A DNA stretch of 32,000 bases from Synechococcus sp. A15-24. GTDB lineage: Bacteria; Cyanobacteriota; Cyanobacteriia; PCC-6307; Cyanobiaceae. The notes beneath the pieces were generated by a model. That model did no database searches. It worked only from the letters and a program-made list of their open reading frames with translations, and was not told the DNA's origin. The DNA lies in the NCBI RefSeq assembly GCF_014280195.1, contig NZ_CP047960.1, forward strand, positions 1 to 32,000. The letters are read 5' to 3'. Positions 18,532 through 28,207 of the stretch are shown here, one piece after another (positions within the stretch are counted from its first letter, which is position 1; every line of letters begins with the position of its first letter). The position numbers and the translations under genes were made by a program.

Positions 18532-19038
18532 ATGCCCGTTAGTGCTGTTTACCTGTCTCGCCGTTCCCTGTTGTTGGGCTCCATCGCCGGAGTGTTTGGC
18601 AGCAGTTGGTGGCCGCGGCCTGTGCTGGCTGCATCCAAGGCTGCTGATGCAACCTGGGATCTCACTACAGAGCAGTGGCGTCAGCGGTTGTCTACCGAGG
18701 CCTATGACGTGCTCCGCAACGAAGGCACTGAGCGTCCTTTCACCAGTTCGCTGAATGCCGAGAAGCGCAGCGGCACGTATCACTGCGCCGGTTGCGATCA
18801 GCCGTTGTTCTCCTCGGAGGCGAAGTTCGACAGCGGCACCGGTTGGCCCAGCTTCTGGCAGCCCTTGCAGGGTGCGATTGCGACGAAAGTAGATTTCAAA
18901 TTGATCATTCCCCGTACGGAATACCACTGCAGCCGCTGCGGTGGTCACCAGGGCCATGTGTTCAATGACGGACCCCGACCAACGGGTAAGCGCTACTGCA
19001 ACAACGGCGTTGCCCTTGTCTTCCTACCCGCTGGCTGA
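18532..19038 (+). CDS. msrB: Peptide-methionine (R)-S-oxide reductase MsrB with a twin-arginine-type signal peptide
   Basis: The SelR domain has zinc CxxC pairs (CAGCDQPLF and CSRCGGHQGHVFNDGP) and the catalytic RYCNNGVAL. It is preceded by about 35 aa, MPVSAVYLSRRSLLLGSIAGVFGSSWWPRPVLAASKA, containing an SRRxLL motif, an h-region and an AxA-like site. Confidence 0.93.
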   Translation: MPVSAVYLSRRSLLLGSIAGVFGSSWWPRPVLAASKAADATWDLTTEQWRQRLSTEAYDVLRNEGTERPFTSSLNAEKRSGTYHCAGCDQPLFSSEAKFDSGTGWPSFWQPLQGAIATKVDFKLIIPRTEYHCSRCGGHQGHVFNDGPRPTGKRYCNNGVALVFLPAG

Positions 19039-20287
19039 AGTTGATCTGCTGGTGGTCGGTGGCGGCGCTGCCGGTTTTATGGCGGCGATTACAGCCGCTG
19101 AAGCGGGTCTGCAGCGCGTGCTGGTCCTGGAAGCCACGGCCGAGCCACTCACGAAGGTTCGGTTGAGTGGTGGTGGTCGCTGTAATATTACCCACGCTTG
19201 TTGGGATCCTGGCGAGCTGGTGGGCCACTACCCCCGTGGCCAGCGCCCCCTGCGGGGGCCGTTCAGCCGCTTTGCCAGTGGTGATTCCGTTACATGGTTT
19301 GCCGACCGTGGCCTGGATCTGGTGGAAGAAGACGATGGCCGAATGTTTCCTCAGGCCAATCGCTCCTCCGCGGTGGTGGATTGCCTCAGGACGGCTGCGC
19401 GACGGTCTGGGGTTCAGTTGATCACCGGTTCTCCCGTTCAGTCATTGACTGGTGCTCTCAGCGATGGATTTGTTGCCTCCTGCCGAGGTGGTGGCGTGTT
19501 TCACGCCCATCGTGTGCTGTTGGCTACGGGTGGTCACCCCAGCGGACGACGGTTGGCGGCGCAGTTGGGGCATCGGCTGATTCCCCCTGTGCCTTCGTTG
19601 TTTTCACTGACGTTGGATGCTCCCCAGTTGCAGGGTTGCGCTGGTGTTGCTCTTAATGATGTGCTCCTCACGCTTGAGGTGGGTGGGGAGCGATTCCGGC
19701 AGACCGGTCGGGTCCTGATCACTCACTGGGGCTTGAGTGGTCCGGCCACGTTGCGGCTTACGGCGTTTGCGGCTCGAGCCCTTCAGGCATCGCGATATCG
19801 AGCGACCTTAAACGCGAGCTGGTGCAGTGGTTGGTCCCAGGCGAACCTGCTGGCGGCGTTGCGAGAGCAACGAACCAAGGCCGCACGCCGCACGCTGGCT
19901 GCTTCACGACCACTTGCTACTCATCTGCCTCGACGTTTGTGGATGTCGATGTTGAGGGAGGTTGGCGCTGCTGCTGATCAGCGTTGGGCGGACTGTCCAG
20001 CGAAGGTGGAACAAGGTCTGCTCGATCAGCTACAGCTCTGTCGGTATCCCGTGAAGGGTCGCGGTCCTTTCGGGGAGGAATTCGTAACCGCCGGCGGTGT
20101 TGATTTGGGTGAGGTCAATCTGGCCACGATGGAGAGCCGATGTTGCCCTGGCCTGCATCTGGCAGGTGAGCTGATGGATGTGGATGGTGTGACGGGGGGA
20201 TTCAACTTCCAGCACTGTTGGACCAGTGGTTGGCTCGCTGGCCAGGCTGCGGCAAAGCAGGTCACTGGATCTGATCGAACACCGTGA
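18965..20287 (+). CDS. HI0933/BaiN-family NAD(P)/FAD-dependent oxidoreductase
   Basis: Motifs are the dinucleotide fold DLLVVGGGAAGFMAA, then GGGRCNITH, VLLATGG, and C-terminal DGVTGGFNFQHCWTSG. The start is ambiguous among GTG 18941, ATG 18956, ATG 18965, and TTG 19010 or 19016. Every option overlaps the msrB 3' end in another frame. Confidence 0.88.
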   Translation: MTDPDQRVSATATTALPLSSYPLAEVDLLVVGGGAAGFMAAITAAEAGLQRVLVLEATAEPLTKVRLSGGGRCNITHACWDPGELVGHYPRGQRPLRGPFSRFASGDSVTWFADRGLDLVEEDDGRMFPQANRSSAVVDCLRTAARRSGVQLITGSPVQSLTGALSDGFVASCRGGGVFHAHRVLLATGGHPSGRRLAAQLGHRLIPPVPSLFSLTLDAPQLQGCAGVALNDVLLTLEVGGERFRQTGRVLITHWGLSGPATLRLTAFAARALQASRYRATLNASWCSGWSQANLLAALREQRTKAARRTLAASRPLATHLPRRLWMSMLREVGAAADQRWADCPAKVEQGLLDQLQLCRYPVKGRGPFGEEFVTAGGVDLGEVNLATMESRCCPGLHLAGELMDVDGVTGGFNFQHCWTSGWLAGQAAAKQVTGSDRTP

Positions 20288-20387
20288 ACATCGGCAGGTC
20301 ATCTGATGGAGGTGCGGGCTTCCGCAGCTTGTGTGAGGTGAACGTCGCCCTTCAACATGTCTAAGCAGCAATTCCCCAGCGGTCAGC

Positions 20388-21044
20388 ATGAGCGGCGAGG
20401 CTTCCACCCCAGCGCAGGATCCGAGCGTTGAGCCGTTGGATGCGGCATCCGCTGCCACGGAACCCGAGGTGGTTTCCACGGACACGCCGGCTGAGGGTTC
20501 CCTGACCGACCCGGCCGAACGTCTTCAGCAGCTTGAGCAGGAATTGCACAGCCTGAAGCAGGAGCACGAGACGCTGCAGAGCCAGTACATGCGCATCGCA
20601 GCGGATTTCGACAACTTCCGCAAGCGACAGAGCAGGGATCAGGACGACATCCGTCAGCAGCTGGTCTGCTCCACCCTCAGCGAGATCCTGCCTGTGGTGG
20701 ACAACTTTGAGCGGGCGCGGCAGCAGCTGAATCCTGAGGGTGAAGAGGCGCAGGCGCTGCACCGCAGTTACCAGGGTCTCTACAAGCAATTGGTTGATGT
20801 GCTGAAGCAGCAAGGCGTGGCTCGCATGGAGGTGGTTGGTCAATTGTTTGATCCCACCCTTCACGAAGCGGTGCTTCGCGAAGAAAGCACCGAACAGCCG
20901 GAAGATGTCGTAATCGAAGAGCTGCAGCGCGGGTATCACCTCAACGGCAAGGTTCTCCGCCATGCCCTGGTGAAAGTGTCGATGGGTCCAGGTCCGTCGG
21001 CGGATGCTGAGGGTGCTGCCTCGGCTGACGCGGAGGCGTCCTGA
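20388..21044 (+). CDS. grpE: Nucleotide exchange factor GrpE
   Basis: 218-aa ORF with an ATG start. A coiled-coil region ([24 protein letters not shown]) is followed by [11 protein letters not shown] and a C-terminal beta domain ([16 protein letters not shown]). Confidence 0.95.
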   Translation: MSGEASTPAQDPSVEPLDAASAATEPEVVSTDTPAEGSLTDPAERLQQLEQELHSLKQEHETLQSQYMRIAADFDNFRKRQSRDQDDIRQQLVCSTLSEILPVVDNFERARQQLNPEGEEAQALHRSYQGLYKQLVDVLKQQGVARMEVVGQLFDPTLHEAVLREESTEQPEDVVIEELQRGYHLNGKVLRHALVKVSMGPGPSADAEGAASADAEAS

Positions 21045-22177
21045 TGGCGGACTATTACGACCTGCTGGGGGTCGGACGGGATGCCGATGCCGATGCGCTG
21101 AAGCGGGCTTATCGCAGCAAGGCACGTAAGTACCACCCGGACATCAACAAGGAGCCTGGAGCGGAAGACCGTTTCAAGGAGATTGGTCGTGCCTACGAGG
21201 TGCTGAGCGACCCCCAGACCCGTGCCCGTTACGACCAGTTCGGTGAAGCTGGTCTCGGGGGTGCCGCCGGCGCTCCCGATATGGGGGACATGGGTGGTTT
21301 CGCCGACCTGTTCGAGACCTTCTTCCAGGGCTTCGGAGGTCCCGGTGGTGCTGCCGGCGGTCGCTCCGGACGTCGCGGACCTCAGCAGGGGGATGACCTC
21401 CGCTACGACCTCACGATCGATTTCGAGCAGGCGGTCTTCGGTCAGGAACAGGAGATCAAGATCCCCCATCTCGAAACCTGTGACACCTGCGGTGGCAGCG
21501 GAGCCAAGGCAGGTAGTGGTCCCACCACCTGCGGCACCTGCGGAGGAGCCGGTCAGGTGCGGCGGGCGACCAGGACACCTTTCGGAAGCTTCACGCAGGT
21601 GGCGGAATGCCCCAATTGCGGTGGAACCGGGCAGGTGATCGCTGATCCCTGCAACGCCTGCGGCGGACAGGGTGTGCATCAGGTGCGCAAGAAATTGCGC
21701 ATCAACATTCCGGCTGGGGTGGACACGGGAACCCGCCTGCGGGTTTCCGGAGAAGGCAATGCCGGTCTGCGTGGGGGCCCGTCCGGCGATCTCTACGTCT
21801 TCCTCACGGTCAAGTCACATCCAAGGCTGCGCAGGGATGGGCTCAACATCCTGTCGACCGTGAACGTCAGTTATCTGCAGGCCATCCTGGGGGACTCGAT
21901 CGAAGTGGAAACCGTCGATGGCAATACAGCTCTGGAGATTCCACCGGGCACCCAGCCCGGTAGCGTGTTGACCTTGGCCAACAAGGGCATTCCCAAGTTG
22001 GGGAACCCCGTGGCCCGCGGGGATCAAAAGGTGCACGTGACGGTGCAGCTCCCCACCCGTCTGTCGGATCCCGAACGGAAGCTGCTCGAGGAGTTAGCGG
22101 GACATCATTCTGCTCGAGGCAAGCAGCACCACCACCACAACAGTGGTTTGTTTGCTCGACTGTTCGGTCAGAAGTGA
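21044..22177 (+). CDS. dnaJ: Molecular chaperone DnaJ (type I Hsp40)
   Basis: The ATG shares one nt with the grpE stop. The J-domain has DYYDLLGV and KYHPD (HPD motif), followed by a G/F-rich linker. There are four CxxCxGxG zinc-finger repeats: [24 protein letters not shown] and CNACGGQG. Confidence 0.97.
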   Translation: MADYYDLLGVGRDADADALKRAYRSKARKYHPDINKEPGAEDRFKEIGRAYEVLSDPQTRARYDQFGEAGLGGAAGAPDMGDMGGFADLFETFFQGFGGPGGAAGGRSGRRGPQQGDDLRYDLTIDFEQAVFGQEQEIKIPHLETCDTCGGSGAKAGSGPTTCGTCGGAGQVRRATRTPFGSFTQVAECPNCGGTGQVIADPCNACGGQGVHQVRKKLRINIPAGVDTGTRLRVSGEGNAGLRGGPSGDLYVFLTVKSHPRLRRDGLNILSTVNVSYLQAILGDSIEVETVDGNTALEIPPGTQPGSVLTLANKGIPKLGNPVARGDQKVHVTVQLPTRLSDPERKLLEELAGHHSARGKQHHHHNSGLFARLFGQK

Positions 22178-22407
22178 TGGGGTCATCCCGCTCCCTGGAC
22201 TTACGCGGCACCCCCTGTCCGGTGAATTTCATCCGATGCAAATTGGCGCTTGAGTCACTCCAGGCCGGTGATCAGCTTCAGGTGCATCTGGATCGGGGGG
22301 AACCGGAAGCGATGGTGATCCCTGGGCTCAAGGACGCTGGTCATCGGGTGGAGGTCACCGCCGAGGATGTGGCCTGGGTGGCCTTGGAGATCACCTGTGC
22401 TGGTTGA
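22177..22407 (+). CDS. TusA/SirA-like small sulfur-carrier-fold protein (variant Cys motif)
   Basis: About 76-aa ORF whose ATG at 22177 shares one nt with the dnaJ TGA. The track start is GTG 22174. LDLRGTPCPVNFIRCKL resembles the TusA LDxRGxxCPxP motif but lacks the second Pro. Confidence 0.8.
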   Translation: MGSSRSLDLRGTPCPVNFIRCKLALESLQAGDQLQVHLDRGEPEAMVIPGLKDAGHRVEVTAEDVAWVALEITCAG

Positions 22408-22413
22408 GCTGTC

Positions 22414-23313
22414 GTGAGTGAAGCGGCCGGCATCGTGGTGGCGTTGCAGGCCAACTATCTGGACGTGGAACTGGATCAGGCGCCTGAGCAGGGTCCCTCG
22501 CGACTGCTCTGCACCCGCCGCACGCGCCTCAGTCACCGGGGAGAAGCGGTTCACGTCGGAGATCGCGTGCGGGTGGAGGCCATCGATCCTGTTCAGGCCC
22601 GTGCGGTGGTGTCTGGGGTTGAGCCGCGCAGCAGCTGGCTGACCCGTCCCCAGGTGGCCAATGTCTCGCTGGTGGTGGTGGCGCTTGCCGTCGATCAGCC
22701 GGCTTTTGATCCTGATCAGGCCAGCCGGTTTCTGTTGACTGCAGAACGCACGGGATTGCCTGTCCAGCTCCTGCTGACCAAAGGTGATCTCGTGGAGGAG
22801 GACCAACGCTCCGATCTGGTTGAGCGATTGATGGGATGGGGTTACGACGCTTGGGTGGTCTCCAGCCAAACCGGCGCGGGAATTGATGCATTGCGCCAAC
22901 GGTTGCAGGACACCGAGCTGGCGGTGCTCTGTGGTCCCTCTGGGGTGGGCAAGAGCAGCGTGCTCAACCGGTTGATGCCCCACTTGGCCCTGAGGGTTGG
23001 TGCGGTGTCCGGTCGACTGCAGCGGGGTCGCCACACCACCCGTCATGTGGAGCTGTTCCCAATTGCCCCTGGCGCTCGAGTGGCGGATACCCCTGGATTC
23101 AATCGACCTGATCTGCCGGATGATCCTTCGGAACTGGGGGTGTTGTTTCCTGAATTGCGTACCCAGCTGAGCCCCTGGCCCTGTCGATTCCGCAACTGCC
23201 TGCACAGGCAGGAACCAGGCTGTGGGATCAACAGGGATTGGGAGCGGTTTGCGTTTTACGAGGACGCTCTCCAGGAATGCTCTGACCTCAGCCGCCCATC
23301 CCGGGCAGGTTGA
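22414..23313 (+). CDS. rsgA: Ribosome small-subunit-dependent GTPase A
   Basis: 299-aa ORF with a GTG start. An N-terminal OB-like region is followed by circularly permuted GTPase motifs (LLTKGDL then [10 protein letters not shown]). The C-terminal zinc motif is [14 protein letters not shown]. Confidence 0.92.
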   Translation: MSEAAGIVVALQANYLDVELDQAPEQGPSRLLCTRRTRLSHRGEAVHVGDRVRVEAIDPVQARAVVSGVEPRSSWLTRPQVANVSLVVVALAVDQPAFDPDQASRFLLTAERTGLPVQLLLTKGDLVEEDQRSDLVERLMGWGYDAWVVSSQTGAGIDALRQRLQDTELAVLCGPSGVGKSSVLNRLMPHLALRVGAVSGRLQRGRHTTRHVELFPIAPGARVADTPGFNRPDLPDDPSELGVLFPELRTQLSPWPCRFRNCLHRQEPGCGINRDWERFAFYEDALQECSDLSRPSRAG

Positions 23314-23629
23314 GATTCAGTCCACCGGTGAGCTCTTCCATCCGCCCCTTCATCGTGGCGGTGGATTGTTCATAGGCCGCTTGGAGTGCTTCCAGCGTGG
23401 CCGCTTCACAGGTTTCCTGACCGGCGCTCAGCAGTTCGGGATCCAGGCGCACCCGCAGGGGCTGTTGATTACCGGAAAGCCAAACGCTGGCCCGACCGTC
23501 AGCACTCTTGCCCTCAATTTCCATGCCGTCTAGTTCGTCCTGGAGCGCTTGTGCGTTCTGCTGAATCTCCTGTGCTTTCTTGAAGGCTTCGGTGAGCTGG
23601 CCGAAATTGGGTAGTCCGAACCCTGCCAT
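23288..23629 (-). CDS. YbaB/EbfC-family nucleoid-associated protein
   Basis: 113-aa ORF with an ATG start. It contains [25 protein letters not shown] and a Gly-rich C-terminal tail (LNLPGMGG), typical of YbaB. Its last 26 nt overlap the rsgA 3' end. Confidence 0.92.
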   Translation of the reverse strand: MAGFGLPNFGQLTEAFKKAQEIQQNAQALQDELDGMEIEGKSADGRASVWLSGNQQPLRVRLDPELLSAGQETCEAATLEALQAAYEQSTATMKGRMEELTGGLNLNLPGMGG

Positions 23630-23653
23630 GGTGCTGTTGACGGAGTCGGCAGG

Positions 23654-24553
23654 TTAAGCGGCTTCGGTGAATCCAAGGCGTTTCACTTCGGGATGAAGGC
23701 GCACGGCATGGGCTGCCTCCACCTGTTGCTGGACGCTTTGAATCAGTTCATCAATGTTGGCCGCCGTTGCAGCACCGGTGTTGACGATGAAGTTGGCGTG
23801 AAGGGTGGAGACTTCGGCACCGCCGATGCGACTGCCCTTCAGCCCGAGACCTTCGATCAACCGGCCTGCTTTTAAGGGTTCTGGGTTGCGAAACACGCTG
23901 CCGCAACTCGGTTGTGTGTAGGGCTGGGTGCTGGTGCGATGGCTGAGGTTGCCGCTGGTAATGCGGGTGATCTCCTCAGGGTCATGGCCTGGGTCAAGGC
24001 GGAAGCGGGCGGACAGCACCACCAACTCCTCGTCTTGCAGACGGCTGTGGCGGTAATCGAAGTCCAGCTCGTCGCGGCTGAGTTCAAAGCTCTCGCCCCC
24101 ATCAAGCGGAGCAACGCGGACCGATTCCAGCCACTCCGCTGTGCAGCCCCCCTGCGCACCCGCATTCATCACCGCGGCCCCGCCCACGGTGCCAGGAATG
24201 CCCACGGACCAGGCAAGACCATTCAGCCCAGCGCGTGCGGCACGGCGGGCCAAGGTTGGGATCGGTTCCCCCGCCAGGGCTTCCACCACGCCGTTGTCTG
24301 CGTTCAAGGACGCTCCTTGCAGCTTACGCAGGCTGAGAGTCAGGCCCGGCAGTCCGTCGTCATGAATCAGCAGATTGGAGCCGGCGCCGATCACACGGCA
24401 GGGGAGGTGCTCCTGTTGGGCCCATTGCAGAGCTTCCAGGGTCTCGTCCAGCGACGCGGGCTCCAGCAGCCATTGGGCCGGACCGCCCACCCGCCAGGTG
24501 GTGAAGTCCGCCAGGGGGATGCTGGATCGCAGGGCAAGGCGTGTGCTGAGCAT
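23654..24553 (-). CDS. murB: UDP-N-acetylenolpyruvoylglucosamine reductase
   Basis: 299-aa ORF. It has FAD-binding domain motifs ([15 protein letters not shown]) and a C-terminal MurB domain (GSVFRNP). Its ATG shares one nt with the murC stop. Confidence 0.95.
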   Translation of the reverse strand: MLSTRLALRSSIPLADFTTWRVGGPAQWLLEPASLDETLEALQWAQQEHLPCRVIGAGSNLLIHDDGLPGLTLSLRKLQGASLNADNGVVEALAGEPIPTLARRAARAGLNGLAWSVGIPGTVGGAAVMNAGAQGGCTAEWLESVRVAPLDGGESFELSRDELDFDYRHSRLQDEELVVLSARFRLDPGHDPEEITRITSGNLSHRTSTQPYTQPSCGSVFRNPEPLKAGRLIEGLGLKGSRIGGAEVSTLHANFIVNTGAATAANIDELIQSVQQQVEAAHAVRLHPEVKRLGFTEAA

Positions 24554-25956
24554 CAGGCCGCTAACCGTGGCCAGAGGCCATTGACATCCCCAGCGCCCAT
24601 GGCCAGTACCAGGTCCTCACGCCGGCTGCGGGTTTTGACCAATTGGGTGAGATGGTCGAGGTTGTCAGCCACGGCAATTTCGAGATCCGGCTTGAGCTCC
24701 TGGATCCGATCGGCCAGGATCTGGCTGCAAACCCCCCTCAACGGTTCTTCGCCGGCGCTGTACACCGGCGCCAGCAGCAGGGAATCACAGTTCTGCAATG
24801 CACTGGCAAACGACTCGAGGAACTCCTGGGTGCGGCTGTAGCGGTGAGGCTGAAACACAGCAAGCAACCTTTGCGGCGGGCTGGGCAACGGGCTGCGGCC
24901 ACTGCTCACCATCAGTTGCGCCATAGCCAAGGTGGCCTTCACCTCACTGGGATGGTGGGCGTAGTCGTCGACGATGTGTCGACCCTCCCAGGTGCCCCGC
25001 AGATCAAAACGACGGCCGGGCGGTTTCAAGGCGGTTAGTCCCTTCACCAGCCGCTCGAAAGGCACACCTTCCATTCGGCAGGCTGCCAACGCTCCAGCTG
25101 CGTTGCTGAGGTTGTGCAACCCAGGCAGGGGCAGCATGAAGTCCCCAACCGGCGCGCCGTTTTCGTAAAAGCGCGCGTGGCAGCGATCGCCATCCAGTTG
25201 GAGCGGCAGGGCTGCGAAATCCACGCCATCGGCGCAGGTCACAGACCACCAGGCATCGGGCTGGATGTGTTCCTTGAGGATGAGGCAGTCACGGTTAGCC
25301 AGCACCTGGTCGCAGCCGTCGGCGAAGCGCCGCATCGTGATGATTAAGTCATCCAGACCGTTGTAGTGGTCGGTGTGGTCGAGCTCAAGATTGGTGATCA
25401 AACCCAGCTGAGGACGGAACTTCACCAACGAGCCGTCGGATTCATCGGCTTCGGCCACCAGCAGCCGGCCGTGACCAGCATGACCATTACTGCCGAGGCA
25501 GGGGACGATGCCGCCAATGATGGCTGTGGGATCTTCTTCGGCCTCCATCAAGAGGGTGGTGATCAAGGTGCTGGTGGTGGTCTTTCCGTGGCTGCCAGCC
25601 ACGGCGATCGAGGCTTGTTGATCGATCAGCGCAGCCAGCAGATCCGAGCGATGCCAGATCTCCAGTCCGGCATCACGGGCGCGTCTCAGTTCCGGATTAC
25701 TGGTGGGAATCGCTGTTGAAATCACAACGATGGGTCTGCGGCCGTCGCTGAGGAGTGTTTCGATCGTCGCTGCGGTCTGTTCATGGACGATCGTCACACC
25801 GAGCTGCGTTAGCTGACGGGAGGTTGGTGTGTCCCGTGGATCGGATCCGCTCACCGGATGCCCACGATCAACAAGGATTTTGGCCAGAGCAGACATTCCA
25901 ATCCCGCCGACGCCAATGAAATGCACGGGGTGCTGGCGCTCAAGCGGACGGGACAA
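24553..25956 (-). CDS. murC: UDP-N-acetylmuramate--L-alanine ligase
   Basis: 467-aa ORF. Motifs are [14 protein letters not shown], the P-loop GSHGKTTT, and DYAHHP. The start at 25956 is TTG, and no nearby in-frame ATG exists. Confidence 0.95.
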   Translation of the reverse strand: MSRPLERQHPVHFIGVGGIGMSALAKILVDRGHPVSGSDPRDTPTSRQLTQLGVTIVHEQTAATIETLLSDGRRPIVVISTAIPTSNPELRRARDAGLEIWHRSDLLAALIDQQASIAVAGSHGKTTTSTLITTLLMEAEEDPTAIIGGIVPCLGSNGHAGHGRLLVAEADESDGSLVKFRPQLGLITNLELDHTDHYNGLDDLIITMRRFADGCDQVLANRDCLILKEHIQPDAWWSVTCADGVDFAALPLQLDGDRCHARFYENGAPVGDFMLPLPGLHNLSNAAGALAACRMEGVPFERLVKGLTALKPPGRRFDLRGTWEGRHIVDDYAHHPSEVKATLAMAQLMVSSGRSPLPSPPQRLLAVFQPHRYSRTQEFLESFASALQNCDSLLLAPVYSAGEEPLRGVCSQILADRIQELKPDLEIAVADNLDHLTQLVKTRSRREDLVLAMGAGDVNGLWPRLAA

Positions 25957-26067
25957 GGATCGGCATCAGAGGCACGAAAGATAAGTCAGTTCAGAGGTTG
26001 CGTCCTCCCTGGATTGAGACGGATCGGATCGGCTTTGCGGTTGAGCTCCAAAAGAAAAAACTCAGAT

Positions 26068-26101
26068 TTTTGGCCAATTTCTGTATGATCGGCGGCCAAA
26101 A
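26068..26101. promoter_or_regulatory. 8-bp perfect inverted repeat bracketing a -10-like hexamer upstream of gap2 (operator or promoter candidate)
   Basis: TTTTGGCC (26068-26075) and GGCCAAAA (26094-26101) are exact reverse complements separated by 18 nt. The spacer contains TATGAT (26084-26089), 39 nt before the gap2 ATG. I see no good -35 hexamer at 17-18 nt spacing. Confidence 0.3.
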
Positions 26102-26128
26102 CCCTTACGCGGCAATCCCGCTCCTGCC

Positions 26129-27154
26129 ATGACCCTGCGCGTTGCGATCAATGGATTCGGCCGAATTGGTCGCAATGTGATGCGGGGTTGGCTGAGCCGC
26201 GGAGCAGATACCGGACTCGAGATCGTGGGGATGAATTCCACCTCTGATCCCAAGACCAGCGCTCACCTGCTGACCTACGACTCGATCTTGGGCAAGCTCG
26301 ATCCCAGCGTCAAGATCGAAACCACCGATGACACCATGGTGGTCAACGGCAAGGAGATCAAGTTCTTCGCTGACCGCAACCCCCTGAACTGCCCTTGGAA
26401 GGACTGGGGTGTCGACCTGGTGATCGAATCCACCGGTGTGTTCAACACCGACGAAAAAGCCAGCATGCATATCGAGGCAGGCGCCAGCAAGGTGATCCTG
26501 ACTGCCCCTGGCAAAGGTGATGGCGTCGGCACCTTCGTGGTGGGCGTCAATGACGATCAGTACCGCCATGAGGACTGGAACATCCTCTCCAACGCCAGCT
26601 GCACCACCAACTGCCTGGCCCCCATCGTCAAGGTTTTGGATCAGAACTTCGGCCTCGACTGGGGTCTGATGACCACCATCCACAGCTACACCGGCGACCA
26701 GCGGATCCTGGACAACAGCCACCGTGACCTGCGCCGTGCCCGTGCTGCTGCTCTCAACATGGTTCCCACTACCACCGGTGCGGCCAAGGCTGTGGCCCTG
26801 GTTTACCCCGAGGTGAAGGGCAAGCTCACCGGTTTCGCCATGCGCGTACCCACCCCCAACGTCTCTGCCGTTGACCTCACCTTCGGACCGTCCCGTGCCA
26901 CCAGCGTTGACGAAGTGAAGGCTGTGATCAAGGCCGCTTCCGAGAACGGCATGAAGGGCATCATCAAGTACAGCGACCTCCCCCTGGTTTCCACCGATTA
27001 CGCCGGCACCAACGAATCCACCATTTTTGATGCCGACCTCACTTACGCCATGGGCGACAAGGCTGTGAAGATCCTGGCCTGGTACGACAACGAGTGGGGC
27101 TACAGCCAGCGCGTCGTTGATCTGGCTGAAGTGGTGGCCCGGAACTGGAAGTGA
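26129..27154 (+). CDS. gap2: Glyceraldehyde-3-phosphate dehydrogenase, Calvin-cycle Gap2 type
   Basis: 341-aa ORF with an ATG start. It has [10 protein letters not shown], the active site [12 protein letters not shown], and WYDNEWGYS. The N-terminus [24 protein letters not shown] resembles cyanobacterial Gap2 and chloroplast GapA. Confidence 0.96.
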   Translation: MTLRVAINGFGRIGRNVMRGWLSRGADTGLEIVGMNSTSDPKTSAHLLTYDSILGKLDPSVKIETTDDTMVVNGKEIKFFADRNPLNCPWKDWGVDLVIESTGVFNTDEKASMHIEAGASKVILTAPGKGDGVGTFVVGVNDDQYRHEDWNILSNASCTTNCLAPIVKVLDQNFGLDWGLMTTIHSYTGDQRILDNSHRDLRRARAAALNMVPTTTGAAKAVALVYPEVKGKLTGFAMRVPTPNVSAVDLTFGPSRATSVDEVKAVIKAASENGMKGIIKYSDLPLVSTDYAGTNESTIFDADLTYAMGDKAVKILAWYDNEWGYSQRVVDLAEVVARNWK

Positions 27155-27176
27155 TTAGGTTCCATTGATCCATTCA

Positions 27177-27204
27177 TCCCTTCCTTCGGGAAGGGATTTT
27201 TTTT
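27177..27204 (+). terminator. Rho-independent terminator of gap2
   Basis: tcccttcc (27177-27184) and ggaaggga (27189-27196) form an 8-bp stem around a ttcg loop, followed by T8 (27197-27204). The structure starts 23 nt after the gap2 stop. Confidence 0.85.
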
Positions 27205-27220
27205 GGCCGATGGGCGTCCG

Positions 27221-28207
27221 TCAGCCCTGCGCGAAATGATCAAAGCCCTCGTCCATGACGGGGGAGTTGTCGTCACTCCATATGACGGATCCTGCAGTGT
27301 CGGTGATCCGGCCGAAGCGCTGACAGCCGGGCAAGGCCTGTTCCAGAGCATCGGCCCATGCTTCAGGGAGGCTGAGGATCAGTTCAAAATCCTCCCCGCC
27401 TGCCAGGCACCACCGCTCCCAAGGGTCCCCATTGGGCCACCCGTGAGCTTTCGGTAAACGGTTTCGGTCGAGACGTGCCCCTGTGCCACTGTTGCTGCAG
27501 AGCCCCCGAACAGCGGTCAGAAGTCCGTCGCTGCTGTCGGTTCCGCCTGCCCGCCAGGGCAGGTGAGCGGGTTTGCATGAGAGCAGTTGATTGAGGGCAT
27601 CCAGCCGCGGTCGGGGTCGTTGGTGCTGGCTGATCGCTTGGCTCTGCAAAGAGGCGTTGAGGCAAGTGGCTTGAAGCTGCGGGTCGTTCTGGAGCAGCGC
27701 CAGACCCAGGCGGCTGAGGCCATGGGGCCCGCTGCTGACCAGCACGTCTCCAGGTTGGGCGGTACTGCGCAGCAGCCGCAGCGGTCCGAGACGCCCCAGG
27801 GCCGTTACCGACAGCAAGCGGCTTACGCCTGACGAACAGTCACCCCCTAGCACCGTTCCGCCGTGCTGCTGAAGAGCTGCACTGATGCCGTTGTAGACCC
27901 CCTCAACCCAACTCCACGGGGTGGTGCCCGGCGCCACCAGGGCCACGGTGATGCCGTCAACGCTCACAGCACCGCTGGCGGCTAGATCGGACAGGTTGGC
28001 GGCGACGGCGCGCCATCCCACATCGTGTGCATTGGTGGTGGCATCACTGAAGTGGATGTTATCCACCAGCACATCGGTGTTCACCAGAAGGGGTCGTGGA
28101 TCTGACCCGAGGCAGGCGGTGTCGTCGTCGAGTTGCCCTGGTGGAGCGAACCGGGCCAGGCGCTTGAGCAGCTCCGCTTCCCCCAGCTCCGCCAGGGTGG
28201 GGGTCAT
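27221..28207 (-). CDS. thiL: Thiamine-phosphate kinase
   Basis: 328-aa ORF. It has GEAELLKRL, DDDTA, and NTDVLVDNIHF (AIR-synthase-like fold), typical of ThiL. Its ATG overlaps the upstream PPIase stop (ATGA). Confidence 0.92.
   Translation of the reverse strand: MTPTLAELGEAELLKRLARFAPPGQLDDDTACLGSDPRPLLVNTDVLVDNIHFSDATTNAHDVGWRAVAANLSDLAASGAVSVDGITVALVAPGTTPWSWVEGVYNGISAALQQHGGTVLGGDCSSGVSRLLSVTALGRLGPLRLLRSTAQPGDVLVSSGPHGLSRLGLALLQNDPQLQATCLNASLQSQAISQHQRPRPRLDALNQLLSCKPAHLPWRAGGTDSSDGLLTAVRGLCSNSGTGARLDRNRLPKAHGWPNGDPWERWCLAGGEDFELILSLPEAWADALEQALPGCQRFGRITDTAGSVIWSDDNSPVMDEGFDHFAQG

Noticed and set aside
20288-20387. A CIRCE (TTAGCACTC-N9-GAGTGCTAA) or other heat-shock operator upstream of grpE-dnaJ, and a 24-codon out-of-frame ORF starting at 20357.
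   Set aside because: No CIRCE-like inverted repeat is present. Only a 5-bp stem (tgcgg-gctt-ccgca) is there. The mini-ORF has no supporting features and overlaps the grpE start out of frame.
12158-25190. HIP1 octamers (GCGATCGC) at 12158-12165, 16188-16195 and 25183-25190 as a sign of HIP1 enrichment.
   Set aside because: I found only three copies by eye in 32 kb of GC-rich sequence, which is not clearly above chance. All are inside CDSs. A genome-wide count would be needed.
27155-27220. Whether the gap2 terminator hairpin is a bidirectional terminator that also serves thiL, or whether a TPP riboswitch lies near thiL.
   Set aside because: Read on the minus strand, the stem is preceded rather than followed by the U-run, so it is a poor terminator for thiL. 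thiL is also fed by the overlapping upstream PPIase gene, which leaves no leader for a riboswitch.
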